From NCBI GenBank assembly GCA_051874735.1, contig JBJEGD010000026.1, positions 162,247-226,246 of the forward strand: a stretch of DNA of 64,000 nt, in the 5' to 3' direction. Both the position numbers and the translations under genes were made by a program. The DNA is from Candidatus Bruticola sp. Its GTDB lineage: Bacteria > Vulcanimicrobiota > Xenobia > Xenobiales > Xenobiaceae. This document shows, piece by piece, positions 7,680 through 16,566 of this stretch (positions are counted from its first letter, which is position 1; the number at the start of each line of letters is the position of its first letter). The notes under the pieces are model-generated. The model was not told the origin of the DNA. It saw nothing but the letters and a program-made list of their open reading frames with translations, and searched no databases.

Positions 7680-9617
7680 ATGGCTGTGCAAACTTACGAA
7701 TTTCAAGCTCAAGCTCGTCAGCTTTTAAATTTAGTTATAAACTCAATTTATTCCAATAAAGAAATCTTTTTGCGCGAGCTCCTTTCGAATGCTTCTGACG
7801 CAATGGACAAATTGCGCCTTGAGTCGCTGCAAAACTCCGATTTGAAAGCTGATATATCCGATTTACATATTACTATTGAGCGCGACAGCGAAAAGCGCAC
7901 TTTAAAAGTTATCGACAACGGCATTGGCATGAATGCTGAAGAACTGAAAAACTTAATTGGTACTATCGCTCGCTCTGGTACTGCTGAGTTTCTGAAGCAA
8001 GCTGCAGAAAATAAAACTGCTGCAGCTGAACTTATTGGTCAGTTTGGCGTTGGTTTCTACTCTGTTTTTATGGTCGCTGATAAAGCTGTCATCGAAACCC
8101 GTAAAATTGGTGAAGAAGAAGGTTACAGATGGGAGTCTGCTGGCGATGGTTCTTACACTATTGAAGAAGCTGGGAAACTTCCTCAGGGTACGGCCATTAC
8201 TTTATACTTAAAAGATACTGATGAAGAAAACGGTATCGATGACTACACCCAGGAATGGGTTATCCGCGACTTAGTCAAACGTTATTCCGATTTTATCTCT
8301 TATCCCATCAGAATGATGGTGACTAAGCGCGAAAGTGTGCCTGCTGAAAAGGAAGGCGATGAGCCTAAGACTGTAGAGAAGCAGGAAATGGAGACTTTAA
8401 ATTCTATGAAAGCGCTGTGGGCGCGATCTGAAAGCGAAGTCGACTCTAAAGAATATAACGATTTTTACCGCCTTATTGCCCACGATTGGCAAGATCCTTT
8501 GAAAGTTATCACCATGAAAGGTGAAGGAACTTTCGAGTTCCAGTCATTGCTCTTTATACCTGCCAAAGCTCCTTTCGACATGTATATGCCGGATAGCAAG
8601 AGGGGAATCCAGCTTTATGTAAAGCGTGTTTTTATTATGGATGACTGTGAAGAGCTCATCCCACCTTATCTGCGCTTCCTCCGCGGTGTGGTTGATTCGG
8701 CTGATCTGTCCCTCAATATATCTAGGGAAATTTTACAAAAAGATCGTCAAATTAAGGCTATAAACAAGAGTATTGTTCGTAAAGTACTGAGCACTCTCAA
8801 AAGTATGATGGATGAGGATCCTGAACAGTACCGCAAATTCTGGCGTGAGTTTGGCAAAGTTCTTAAAGAGGGACTTTATAATGATAGCGCTAACCGCGAG
8901 AAGATTTTAGAAGTTATGCTGGCCGATTCCACAAATTCTGCTGAGTTGACTTCTTTGAACGACTATATTTCTCGCATGAAAGAGGGCCAGGAAAATATTT
9001 ACTATATTGCCGGAGAAAACCGCGAACGTTTAGCCCAAGCTCCGCAAATGGAAGTTTTTAAAGCCAAAGGTATAGAGGTACTTATACTTAGCGATCCCAT
9101 TGACTCTGTTTGGGTGGAAATGGTTGGTGAGTATAAGGACAAGAAGTTTAAGTCTGTGTTGCGTGGAGCGGTTGAACTTGGTGATGAGGCCGAAAAGAAA
9201 GCTGCTGAAGAAAAATTGGAAGCTCAGCGCAAAGACTTAGCCTCTATGATTGCTTGGATGGGCAGCGGTTTAGATAGTAAAGTTAAAGAGGTTAGGGTAT
9301 CCAATCGTTTGACCGATTCTCCTGCCTGTTTAGTTTCTGATGAAAATGATCCTACTCCATCAATGGAAAAAATCATGAAGGCCATGGGGCAAAATTTCCC
9401 AACTATCAAGCGTATTTTAGAAATTAATCCGGAGCATCCCATCATTAAACGTCTGCACGAACTTTACACTCAAAATGGTGACAGTGAAGAACTTAAGTCT
9501 GTGACTAGTTTGATTTACGATCAGGCCATTTTAGCTGAAGGTGGCGAACTCGCTGATCCGGCTAGTTTTTCTGCCGCTTTAAGTAAAATTATTAGTAAGG
9601 CTCTGCAGCAGAACTAA
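7680..9617 (+). CDS. htpG: molecular chaperone HtpG (Hsp90 family)
   Basis: Canonical N-terminus YEFQAQARQLLNLVINSIYSNKEIFLRELLSNASDA, then IGQFGVGFYS, full length 645 aa. GGAG RBS 8 nt upstream. Confidence 0.97.
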   Translation: MAVQTYEFQAQARQLLNLVINSIYSNKEIFLRELLSNASDAMDKLRLESLQNSDLKADISDLHITIERDSEKRTLKVIDNGIGMNAEELKNLIGTIARSGTAEFLKQAAENKTAAAELIGQFGVGFYSVFMVADKAVIETRKIGEEEGYRWESAGDGSYTIEEAGKLPQGTAITLYLKDTDEENGIDDYTQEWVIRDLVKRYSDFISYPIRMMVTKRESVPAEKEGDEPKTVEKQEMETLNSMKALWARSESEVDSKEYNDFYRLIAHDWQDPLKVITMKGEGTFEFQSLLFIPAKAPFDMYMPDSKRGIQLYVKRVFIMDDCEELIPPYLRFLRGVVDSADLSLNISREILQKDRQIKAINKSIVRKVLSTLKSMMDEDPEQYRKFWREFGKVLKEGLYNDSANREKILEVMLADSTNSAELTSLNDYISRMKEGQENIYYIAGENRERLAQAPQMEVFKAKGIEVLILSDPIDSVWVEMVGEYKDKKFKSVLRGAVELGDEAEKKAAEEKLEAQRKDLASMIAWMGSGLDSKVKEVRVSNRLTDSPACLVSDENDPTPSMEKIMKAMGQNFPTIKRILEINPEHPIIKRLHELYTQNGDSEELKSVTSLIYDQAILAEGGELADPASFSAALSKIISKALQQN

Positions 9618-9643
9618 GCTGGCTGCTATCTATTGAATAATAG

Positions 9644-9696
9644 GGCTGATTAGATTTAGTTGTGTCTAAGTCTGGTTAGCCTTTCTTATTTTTTAT
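9644..9696 (+). terminator. rho-independent terminator of htpG
   Basis: 14-bp stem ggctgattagattt / aagtctggttagcc. All non-Watson-Crick positions are G-U pairs. Followed by tttcttatttttt. Confidence 0.6.
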
Positions 9697-9876
9697 TATT
9701 TATTTATATTTGAGGAAGGTAATTATCAATAAAAAAAGGTAGAATCAGAGTGTATGAATTAGTTCGATGATTCTTTCATTAAATTATCAGCTGTGTAGCA
9801 AAATTACAGAGCGTAAGACCAGGCTGGTTTAGCTCGTAGTTTTGCTTTTTTTTTTGTAAAGAGGTCTAATTTTTTT

Positions 9877-11073
9877 ATGGAACGCAGTAATTCCAGAGCT
9901 TTTTTGCTTGTGTTAATGGGGGTACTGACAGCATTTGGGCCGTTTGTTACCGATATGTATCTGCCCACTCTGCCAACTATGACTACATATTTTTCAGCCA
10001 CTATGTCGCAGGTTCAGTTAGGCTTAACTTTTTCTATGTTGGGGTTAGCCTTAGGTCAGCTTGGTTTTGGACCGCTCAGTGATAAAATCGGCCGTCGTTC
10101 TCCTTTATTAATTTCGATGCTGATTTTTGTTATTTCAACTTTGGCTTGTATTTTTTCACCTAACATTGAATTATTTTTAGCTATGCGTTTTTTTCAGGGA
10201 ATAGCTGGGGCAGGAGGTATAGTTATTGCCAGATCTATAGCTGTAGATAAGTTTTCTGGTCGTAATCTAGCTGAGGCTTTAGCTATTGCTGGTGCTATTA
10301 ACGGCATAGCTCCGGTAGCGGCTCCCATTATTGGGGGAATATGCAGTGATTCTATTGGTTGGCGCGGTATTTTCGTTATCTTGCTGGCTGTGGGGTTGGT
10401 AGTTACCGCCATGTGCATTGTCTATAAAGAGACATTAGAAGAATCTAGACGATCTTCCGAAAAATGGGCCGATATTATGCGCCTCTTTGGCAAAGTAATT
10501 AAAAGAAAGCGTTTTCTTGGATATATTTTGCAGATGGCATCAGCCCAAGGCATTCTCTTTGCTAATATAGCTTCTTCTCCGTTTATAATTCAAAATTTAC
10601 ATCATAAAAGTGCTTTGGTTTTTAGCGTATATTTTGCTATAAATTCTATAGCAATAGGTTTAGGGGCAGCTATGTCAGTTAAATTTGACAAGCAAGAAAA
10701 ATGTATAACTTACAGTTGCGCCGGTATGCTAATAGGAGCACTGGCCAGTACTTTAGCTCTAAATTTAGGTGCTTCTCTGATAGTTTATGAAATTATTATT
10801 ACTGCAACTTGCTTTGCTATGGGGATGACTTTTACTGCTGCCACCACATTAGCTATGGATGAAGTCCGCGATTATGCTGGAGCTGGTTCAGCTGTTTTAG
10901 GAGCTTCCTGCTATGTTATGGGAGGTTTGGTTTCTCCTTTAGTAGGATTAGGCAATATTCTCTATTCCGTGTCTATTATTTTTATTGCAGCAGCTGCTAT
11001 CTCTAGCTTATGTGCTTGCCTAGCTAACAGATGCCCTTCTACTAAAGTTGAGTCTATAGGGGCGGTAGCTTAA
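9877..11073 (+). CDS. MFS transporter, Bcr/CflA drug-resistance subfamily
   Basis: 12-TM layout. N-terminal FGPFVTDMYLPTLPTM and GPLSDKIGRR motifs are typical of Bcr/CflA. Confidence 0.9.
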   Translation: MERSNSRAFLLVLMGVLTAFGPFVTDMYLPTLPTMTTYFSATMSQVQLGLTFSMLGLALGQLGFGPLSDKIGRRSPLLISMLIFVISTLACIFSPNIELFLAMRFFQGIAGAGGIVIARSIAVDKFSGRNLAEALAIAGAINGIAPVAAPIIGGICSDSIGWRGIFVILLAVGLVVTAMCIVYKETLEESRRSSEKWADIMRLFGKVIKRKRFLGYILQMASAQGILFANIASSPFIIQNLHHKSALVFSVYFAINSIAIGLGAAMSVKFDKQEKCITYSCAGMLIGALASTLALNLGASLIVYEIIITATCFAMGMTFTAATTLAMDEVRDYAGAGSAVLGASCYVMGGLVSPLVGLGNILYSVSIIFIAAAAISSLCACLANRCPSTKVESIGAVA

Positions 11074-11107
11074 ACGATATTTCTTTAAATTGTCAATTGA
11101 CAATAAA

Positions 11108-11146
11108 TAAAAAAGATGGGGCTAGTTGACCCCATCTTTTTTATTT
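11108..11146. terminator. bidirectional rho-independent terminator between convergent genes
   Basis: aaaagatgggg (11111-11121) pairs with ccccatctttt (11130-11140). A-run and T-run flank the stem on both sides. Confidence 0.7.
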
Positions 11147-11161
11147 ATTGAAAACTATTTT

Positions 11162-12772
11162 TTAGGCTTTGCCGTGCATCCACTTTTTCAGCAGCGGAGT
11201 TAGAGCTAAAACTAAAATACCTGATCCAATAGACGAACAGATGAGGAAGAACCACATGTTTATGTTATACGAATGGAGTACGCTCTCAAGGATGCCAGCA
11301 AAGTAGTTGGCCATAGCTGAAGAGAGGAACCAAAATCCCATCATAATAGACATCAGGCGATTGGGAGACAATTTGGACACCATAGAAAGGCCAACAGGAG
11401 AGAGGCAAAGTTCGCCCATGGTATGTAGGAAGTAAACACTAACTAACCACATCGGACTAACTTTAGTGCCATCTGCAGCTAAGCTGCTGCCCATGAACAT
11501 AACGATAAAACCAAGACCTAAGATGATCATGCCCAAGCCCATTTTGGCTGGTACTGAAATGGCGTATTTGGAATTATCCCATTTGTACCACATTATTGAG
11601 AAAAGCGGAGCAAATGTGCAGATAATGAAGGGATTGATAGATTGGAACCAAGAAGCGGGGATGGTGAAAGCCTTACCCAGAAGATTTACGGCACGTTGAG
11701 TTTGTTCTTCCGCAAATAGGGTCATAGTGCCTCCGGCTTGTTCGAACCCCATCCAGAAGAAAGTGACAAAAACGGTGATAATCACAATTACGCAAAGGCG
11801 ATGTATTTCTTCCAGGGTGAGTTTATTGCTGCTTTTATCGGCGCCGCTGTTTTGATTATCACCCTGTTTGTGGGTGAACAGGTAGCTGATAACAAAAGTG
11901 AACAGCACGCTTAAACCGACAGCTACAGGAAGCGGGGAAGAAGTTAGGCTGAAAGAGGCGCTCTTAGTAATATTCCAGAGCCAGCAAGAAACGGCTGTAA
12001 TGCCTATTATGCCCAAAATCCAGTAGCATACTTCTAAGTAGTCCTTAGTATGGAGATGGGCATCTTCAATAGAACCTTTAAATTCAGGTGGCATGCCGGC
12101 GCCATTGAAACGGCTTTGGCCTAAATTGAAAATAATTTGACCGATGATCATACCTATACCGGCAGCAACAAAGCCCCAAGACCAGCCGAAGTTTTGGCCT
12201 AAACTTCCGCAGATAAGCGGGGAGAAGAAGGCGCCCAAGTTGATGCCCATGTAAAATATGGTAAAACCACCGTCGCGACGGGGATCGTTATCTTTGTAAA
12301 GGCCGCCTACAATATTAGAAATGTTAGGTTTAAAGAAACCGTTACCCAAAATAAGCAGGGCCAAAGCCGGATAAAGCATAGCTGGTTGAGACAGCAGCAG
12401 CTCGCCTAAAGCCATAGTACAGCCGCCTATAATAACTGCTTTGCGGGCGCCCAAAAAACGATCGGAAAGATAGCCGCCTATCAGGGGAGTTAAATAGACT
12501 AAGCCGGTGTAAATGCCGTAAAGGGCGAGGGCGTCTTTGCGTTCGTACTGCAGTTGGCTGACCAAGTACAGAACTAAAATGGCACGCATGCCGTAGTAAC
12601 TGAAGCGCTCCCAAGCCTCTGCTCCGAATAGCCAGTATAGACCTTGGGGCTGCTTTGAGTCAGCTGCTTCTAGCTTAGCTTTTGCGCTTTCTTCACCTAC
12701 TGATTGTTTTAGTGAATCATCGGATGAGGAGGCAGCTGGAGTGATTGATTTTTCTTCGGACAATAGATCCAC
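11162..12772 (-). CDS. POT/PTR2 family di-/tripeptide:proton symporter (DtpT-like)
   Basis: ERFSYYGMRAILVLYL and GGYLSDRFLGARK PTR2 signatures, polytopic membrane protein. Start is uncertain: GTG 12772 or TTG 12763. Confidence 0.9.
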   Translation of the reverse strand: MDLLSEEKSITPAASSSDDSLKQSVGEESAKAKLEAADSKQPQGLYWLFGAEAWERFSYYGMRAILVLYLVSQLQYERKDALALYGIYTGLVYLTPLIGGYLSDRFLGARKAVIIGGCTMALGELLLSQPAMLYPALALLILGNGFFKPNISNIVGGLYKDNDPRRDGGFTIFYMGINLGAFFSPLICGSLGQNFGWSWGFVAAGIGMIIGQIIFNLGQSRFNGAGMPPEFKGSIEDAHLHTKDYLEVCYWILGIIGITAVSCWLWNITKSASFSLTSSPLPVAVGLSVLFTFVISYLFTHKQGDNQNSGADKSSNKLTLEEIHRLCVIVIITVFVTFFWMGFEQAGGTMTLFAEEQTQRAVNLLGKAFTIPASWFQSINPFIICTFAPLFSIMWYKWDNSKYAISVPAKMGLGMIILGLGFIVMFMGSSLAADGTKVSPMWLVSVYFLHTMGELCLSPVGLSMVSKLSPNRLMSIMMGFWFLSSAMANYFAGILESVLHSYNINMWFFLICSSIGSGILVLALTPLLKKWMHGKA

Positions 12773-12991
12773 CTCTCTGCATATATAGTTATAAAATAGT
12801 TAGGGTTTTAGGCTAGGGGGCTGTATTTTACTTATTGGCTACACCCTGCTCGGAACTACTGGCCTTCGCACTTTTGTAACTTGAGCCCTGCTCCTTTACA
12901 AAGCTGCAGAGATTGAGGGATAATGCTCTGGGGTAAATTTAGGTTATGAGCCATAATTAAGTTGTTAAGGGTGGCATTAATTTAAATGATC

Positions 12992-13825
12992 TTATTTTGC
13001 TGTCCAGGTAAGCTGGTAAAGATCTGTACGCCTGTGCTTTAATAAGGGAAGTTGTTCGCGCACTTCCTTAACTAAATTGAGATCAATCTCGATTATTTGC
13101 ATTCCTTCTTCCTGTCCCATTTGTTTTATGACTTCTCCCCAGGGATCAACAGCTATAGTGTGCCCCCACGACTGATAGGTCGCTTTTTGACAGCGAGCTG
13201 GAGCGGTGCCTAAAGCGAAAAATTGGTTAAACATAGCTTGGCTTCGGAATATAAGCTCCCAATGAGCTGGTCCAGTAGTCATATTAAAAGCGGCAGGCAC
13301 CAAAACGATAGACGCTCCTTGCAGAGCCATTAGTCGTCCTAATTCTGGAAATCTGAAGTCATAACATATGCAAAGGCCGAAACGTCCAAACTCAGTGTCG
13401 AAGATGGTGGCGTGGTTGCCGGCACTTAGCGTCTCTGATTCCTGGAAATGTTGGCCATCTCTAATATTTATATCAAAAAGGTGCATTTTGCGGTGTTTAG
13501 CAATTATTTCACCGCTGGCATTAAACACGTAAGCTGTATTGAATATATGCCCGTTATAATCTTTTTCTGGCATAGAGCCGGCAGATAGATACAGTTTGTA
13601 AGTGTTGGCCATTTCAGCACAGATGTTGCAGATGGGCCCTCCTTCCTCTTCAGCATAGCGGCTGAAAAGAGCCGTTTCGTAGGGACAACAAAACATTTCT
13701 GGCAAAGTTATCATTTGCGCTTTTGCTGAGGCGGCGCTGCGACAGATTCGCTCTAATACTGCTCTGATTTCATTGAGCGAATAGACTGTTTTTATTTGAG
13801 CTTGTAAAAGGCGTATTTTATTCAT
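12992..13825 (-). CDS. carbon-nitrogen hydrolase (nitrilase superfamily, omega-amidase/Nit-like)
   Basis: Glu-Lys-Cys triad context: ITLPEMF, HRKMHLFD, GLCICYDFRFPE. I chose ATG 13825 (MNKIRLL) because the TTG extension to 13879 runs into the upstream terminator hairpin. Confidence 0.85.
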   Translation of the reverse strand: MNKIRLLQAQIKTVYSLNEIRAVLERICRSAASAKAQMITLPEMFCCPYETALFSRYAEEEGGPICNICAEMANTYKLYLSAGSMPEKDYNGHIFNTAYVFNASGEIIAKHRKMHLFDINIRDGQHFQESETLSAGNHATIFDTEFGRFGLCICYDFRFPELGRLMALQGASIVLVPAAFNMTTGPAHWELIFRSQAMFNQFFALGTAPARCQKATYQSWGHTIAVDPWGEVIKQMGQEEGMQIIEIDLNLVKEVREQLPLLKHRRTDLYQLTWTAK

Positions 13826-13850
13826 AAGTTTATTGAAGCAGACTGGAACA

Positions 13851-13889
13851 TAAAAACAAAGGCCGCTGCTTGGTACCAAGCAGCGGCCT
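13851..13889 (-). terminator. rho-independent terminator of pseudopilin-like paralog 1
   Basis: Perfect 14-bp stem aggccgctgcttgg / ccaagcagcggcct with a 2-nt loop, followed on the minus strand by ttgttttta. Confidence 0.8.
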
Positions 13890-13902
13890 CCCTTAACAGT
13901 TT

Positions 13903-16275
13903 TTAGTAGTTAGCAAACATGGTCACAGTCACCTTACGATGGGCAGAAGCAACTAAAAGTTTGTTTATGTAGGCAGGATCGAAAGTCATATCTACACTTT
14001 TAGCTTTATAATAAATATTGCCCGTTCCATCTGTCTTAGTGGCTTCTCCATCAGCTTGTGGGTCTTTTCCGTAGGCAACCATGGAGCCAGTTAAATTTAA
14101 GCGGCTATTTTTGCCTATATCGACATTTATGTTGCCGCAGGCGTAGATAACGCCGGCTATTTCCTGATCGGAGTAATTAAGACTCTGGTAGCGACTGAGC
14201 AAACCGGCCAGTTGCTGAGATTTGTAAGTTTCGTAGTTTGAACTTTGCTCCGCTGGAGGAACTAGCTTGTCAGTTAAGTCTACATTAGTAATGGAAGTCA
14301 TTTCCTGATTGCTTCCCCCGTCAGTGGTACTTTGAGAGGCTTCTCTACCCGCGTTATAAATTCTTCGCACATCTCGATAATATTCACAAGTCGTTGGATC
14401 ATGCTTAGTAACACGAGTACCATATTGGTAAGGGCAAGAGCAATAAACAATAGACAGATCAATTGTTTGGTAGTTGCTCAAAGTGTCCTCGCCCAACATA
14501 CCTTCGGAGTAAATTTGGGCTACCATAGCTCTTCCTTTTTCATTATTTATGAAGCCTGTTATGCCTGTTATTTCTTTTCCTAAACCTCTATTCGAACTAC
14601 AGTAGGCTCTATTATTATGTTTACATGATTCGCATCCATCTATAATGTTGATATTGGCGGCAGTTTCAATGTTTATATCATCAAGTTCTGTAGCAGTTAT
14701 TCCTTCGATGATTACAGGTTTTTCGTGAGCTACACCTGTAGTAGGATCTATAGCAATATTGTCATAAGGCTTGTTGGTATCTTTATTGGGAGTAGGGGAG
14801 ATCTCTTCCATATGGGCTGTAGTGTTGTAAATAGTTTCCAAATTTACGTCGCCTTTAGCGTAAATAGAGACACCTACACCGGGATCCGACTCTAAAATAC
14901 TAGGCCCCTGCATGCTTATATTGCCTTCGGCGGTAATGGCTCCGTTGCCAATAGTAGCTCCTGAAATGGTAATGTTGCCAGTGCCAGTTAAAATAGTAGT
15001 ATCAGTGTCTCCCTGATTCTGGCTGGCAAAACCCACAATTGGACGGGTGCCATATTCATTTATATCAGAACGAATTAACAGATCGCCGTCAACATACATG
15101 TTTTTGTCGAACATAATGGCTAAATTGTCACTGTCAACGGTCATATCTTTATTGGTATTGTTGATAACTTCATAACCGCTATCTGGAAGAGTTTGACCGT
15201 AGTAGTATATCTTACCGGGATAATGGTGCAGTTCATTTTTTCCGGAAGAATTTCTTACCCATACATAGGTACCAGCCGACAATTTTGTGTCCTTGGCTGT
15301 GGCTCGAGGAATATCTTCCCAAGAAAGGGCCGTAAAGTTTTTGCCGGAATTGCTTTGTTCACTTTTTACAGTTTTAGGATTTTTGCCATTTACTTTAAAT
15401 GAGTCTCCGTAATAGACGGTTGCTCCATTTTCAACTCTAAAGCTGTTGTCGTTTTTTTTGTTAACTTTCAAATCTACTTTACCCAAAGAGCGCATGTTGG
15501 GAGCGGCAGAACCATCTGAGGAAACTAAAGAAAATGACTCTACTTTGCCTGTAATATTGCCGGCAGCGCTGACTACAGAGTCAGAATTTAAAAAATCGGG
15601 ATCGAGAGATACGTAAAGTTCTAGTATTTGCTGAGCACAGCCGGATTTTTCGTTTATAGGCTCATTTAAGGTGGCTTCACGCACCGCTTCGCCACTGAAG
15701 CCCTCTACGATAAGGTTACAGGTGGCTTTGGGAATAGTGACTGCCTGTACATTGTTGTTGGGAGTAAAAACATTTTTGGTTCCGTCGTTTACATATTTGC
15801 CCATAACTACGCCGTTTTTATCAGCGGGATAGGCAAAGCGAGGAACCGTGTTAAAAAGGTTGTTGGTGGAAATGTAAGGGGAAGCAATTTTCTTAGAGCT
15901 ATTTTTCATACCGTCCAGGCCGTCATCTCCGTCTTCACAGTTAAATTTAATACGGAAGACTGATTTTTTGCCGTTAGTGCTGGTTAAAATGCCCCAGACG
16001 TTTCCTTCTGCTTCTTTTACTTCAAAATTGTTAGTTTTCAGCTCATAAGGGGAAGAGGGGTTTGCTTTCCAAAGAATATTGCTCTGCAGGCGGGTAATAG
16101 CATATTGAGCACCTGATTGAGCTGCTATCAGAGCATTTTCTTTATCGTAAAAATTATTAGTCAGCCTGAAACTGCCGAAGTTAGAGTAAACTACTGAGCT
16201 CAGGAGCATGATAACTAAAACAACTGCTAGCATTGTTGTTATTAATACAATGCCTTTTTTCCGTCCCTTCAGCAT
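13903..16275 (-). CDS. large PilX_N/GspK-like pseudopilin-domain protein, paralog 1 (790 aa)
   Basis: N-terminus MLKGRKKG-IVLITTMLAVVLVIMLLSSVVYSN...ENALIAAQSGAQYAITRLQ has the PilX/GspK layout with no Glu at +5. GGGAGG RBS 5 nt upstream. Paralogous to the next two genes. Confidence 0.7.
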   Translation of the reverse strand: MLKGRKKGIVLITTMLAVVLVIMLLSSVVYSNFGSFRLTNNFYDKENALIAAQSGAQYAITRLQSNILWKANPSSPYELKTNNFEVKEAEGNVWGILTSTNGKKSVFRIKFNCEDGDDGLDGMKNSSKKIASPYISTNNLFNTVPRFAYPADKNGVVMGKYVNDGTKNVFTPNNNVQAVTIPKATCNLIVEGFSGEAVREATLNEPINEKSGCAQQILELYVSLDPDFLNSDSVVSAAGNITGKVESFSLVSSDGSAAPNMRSLGKVDLKVNKKNDNSFRVENGATVYYGDSFKVNGKNPKTVKSEQSNSGKNFTALSWEDIPRATAKDTKLSAGTYVWVRNSSGKNELHHYPGKIYYYGQTLPDSGYEVINNTNKDMTVDSDNLAIMFDKNMYVDGDLLIRSDINEYGTRPIVGFASQNQGDTDTTILTGTGNITISGATIGNGAITAEGNISMQGPSILESDPGVGVSIYAKGDVNLETIYNTTAHMEEISPTPNKDTNKPYDNIAIDPTTGVAHEKPVIIEGITATELDDINIETAANINIIDGCESCKHNNRAYCSSNRGLGKEITGITGFINNEKGRAMVAQIYSEGMLGEDTLSNYQTIDLSIVYCSCPYQYGTRVTKHDPTTCEYYRDVRRIYNAGREASQSTTDGGSNQEMTSITNVDLTDKLVPPAEQSSNYETYKSQQLAGLLSRYQSLNYSDQEIAGVIYACGNINVDIGKNSRLNLTGSMVAYGKDPQADGEATKTDGTGNIYYKAKSVDMTFDPAYINKLLVASAHRKVTVTMFANY

Positions 16276-16511
16276 TTCTGCCTCCCAAAAATAATTATCA
16301 GAAATAAACTGTTAAAAAGAATGGCATAAATCCTCTTAATTATAGGTCTTATTAAAAAAATTATCAATTAAAAAGCATATTACGTATGTTCAAGAAATAA
16401 AAAAAACTTACTTTTCGATGTATGCCTAATAGATGTCTTTTTTACAAAAGATCGCTGCTTTCGTCGTTATTTCTGTTAAGATTGCTGGCCTTAGCTTTAA
16501 AGTTATTGTAA

Positions 16512-16546
16512 AGAAAAAAGCCCCGGATTTATATAAATCCGGGGCT
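16512..16546 (-). terminator. rho-independent terminator of pseudopilin-like paralog 2
   Basis: agccccggattt / aaatccggggct stem, followed on the minus strand by a T6 run (A-run 16514-16519 on plus). Confidence 0.75.
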
Positions 16547-16566
16547 GGATGGGCCTAGTTTGACCT

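Noticed and set aside
9804-10001. 65-aa minus-strand ORF overlapping the start of the MFS transporter gene
   Set aside because: It overlaps a well-supported gene and its T-rich promoter region. It has no RBS or motif.
13826-13879. TTG-initiated N-terminal extension of the C-N hydrolase ORF
   Set aside because: The extension runs through the 14-bp perfect terminator hairpin of the upstream gene. The ATG at 13825 gives a normal N-terminus for the family.
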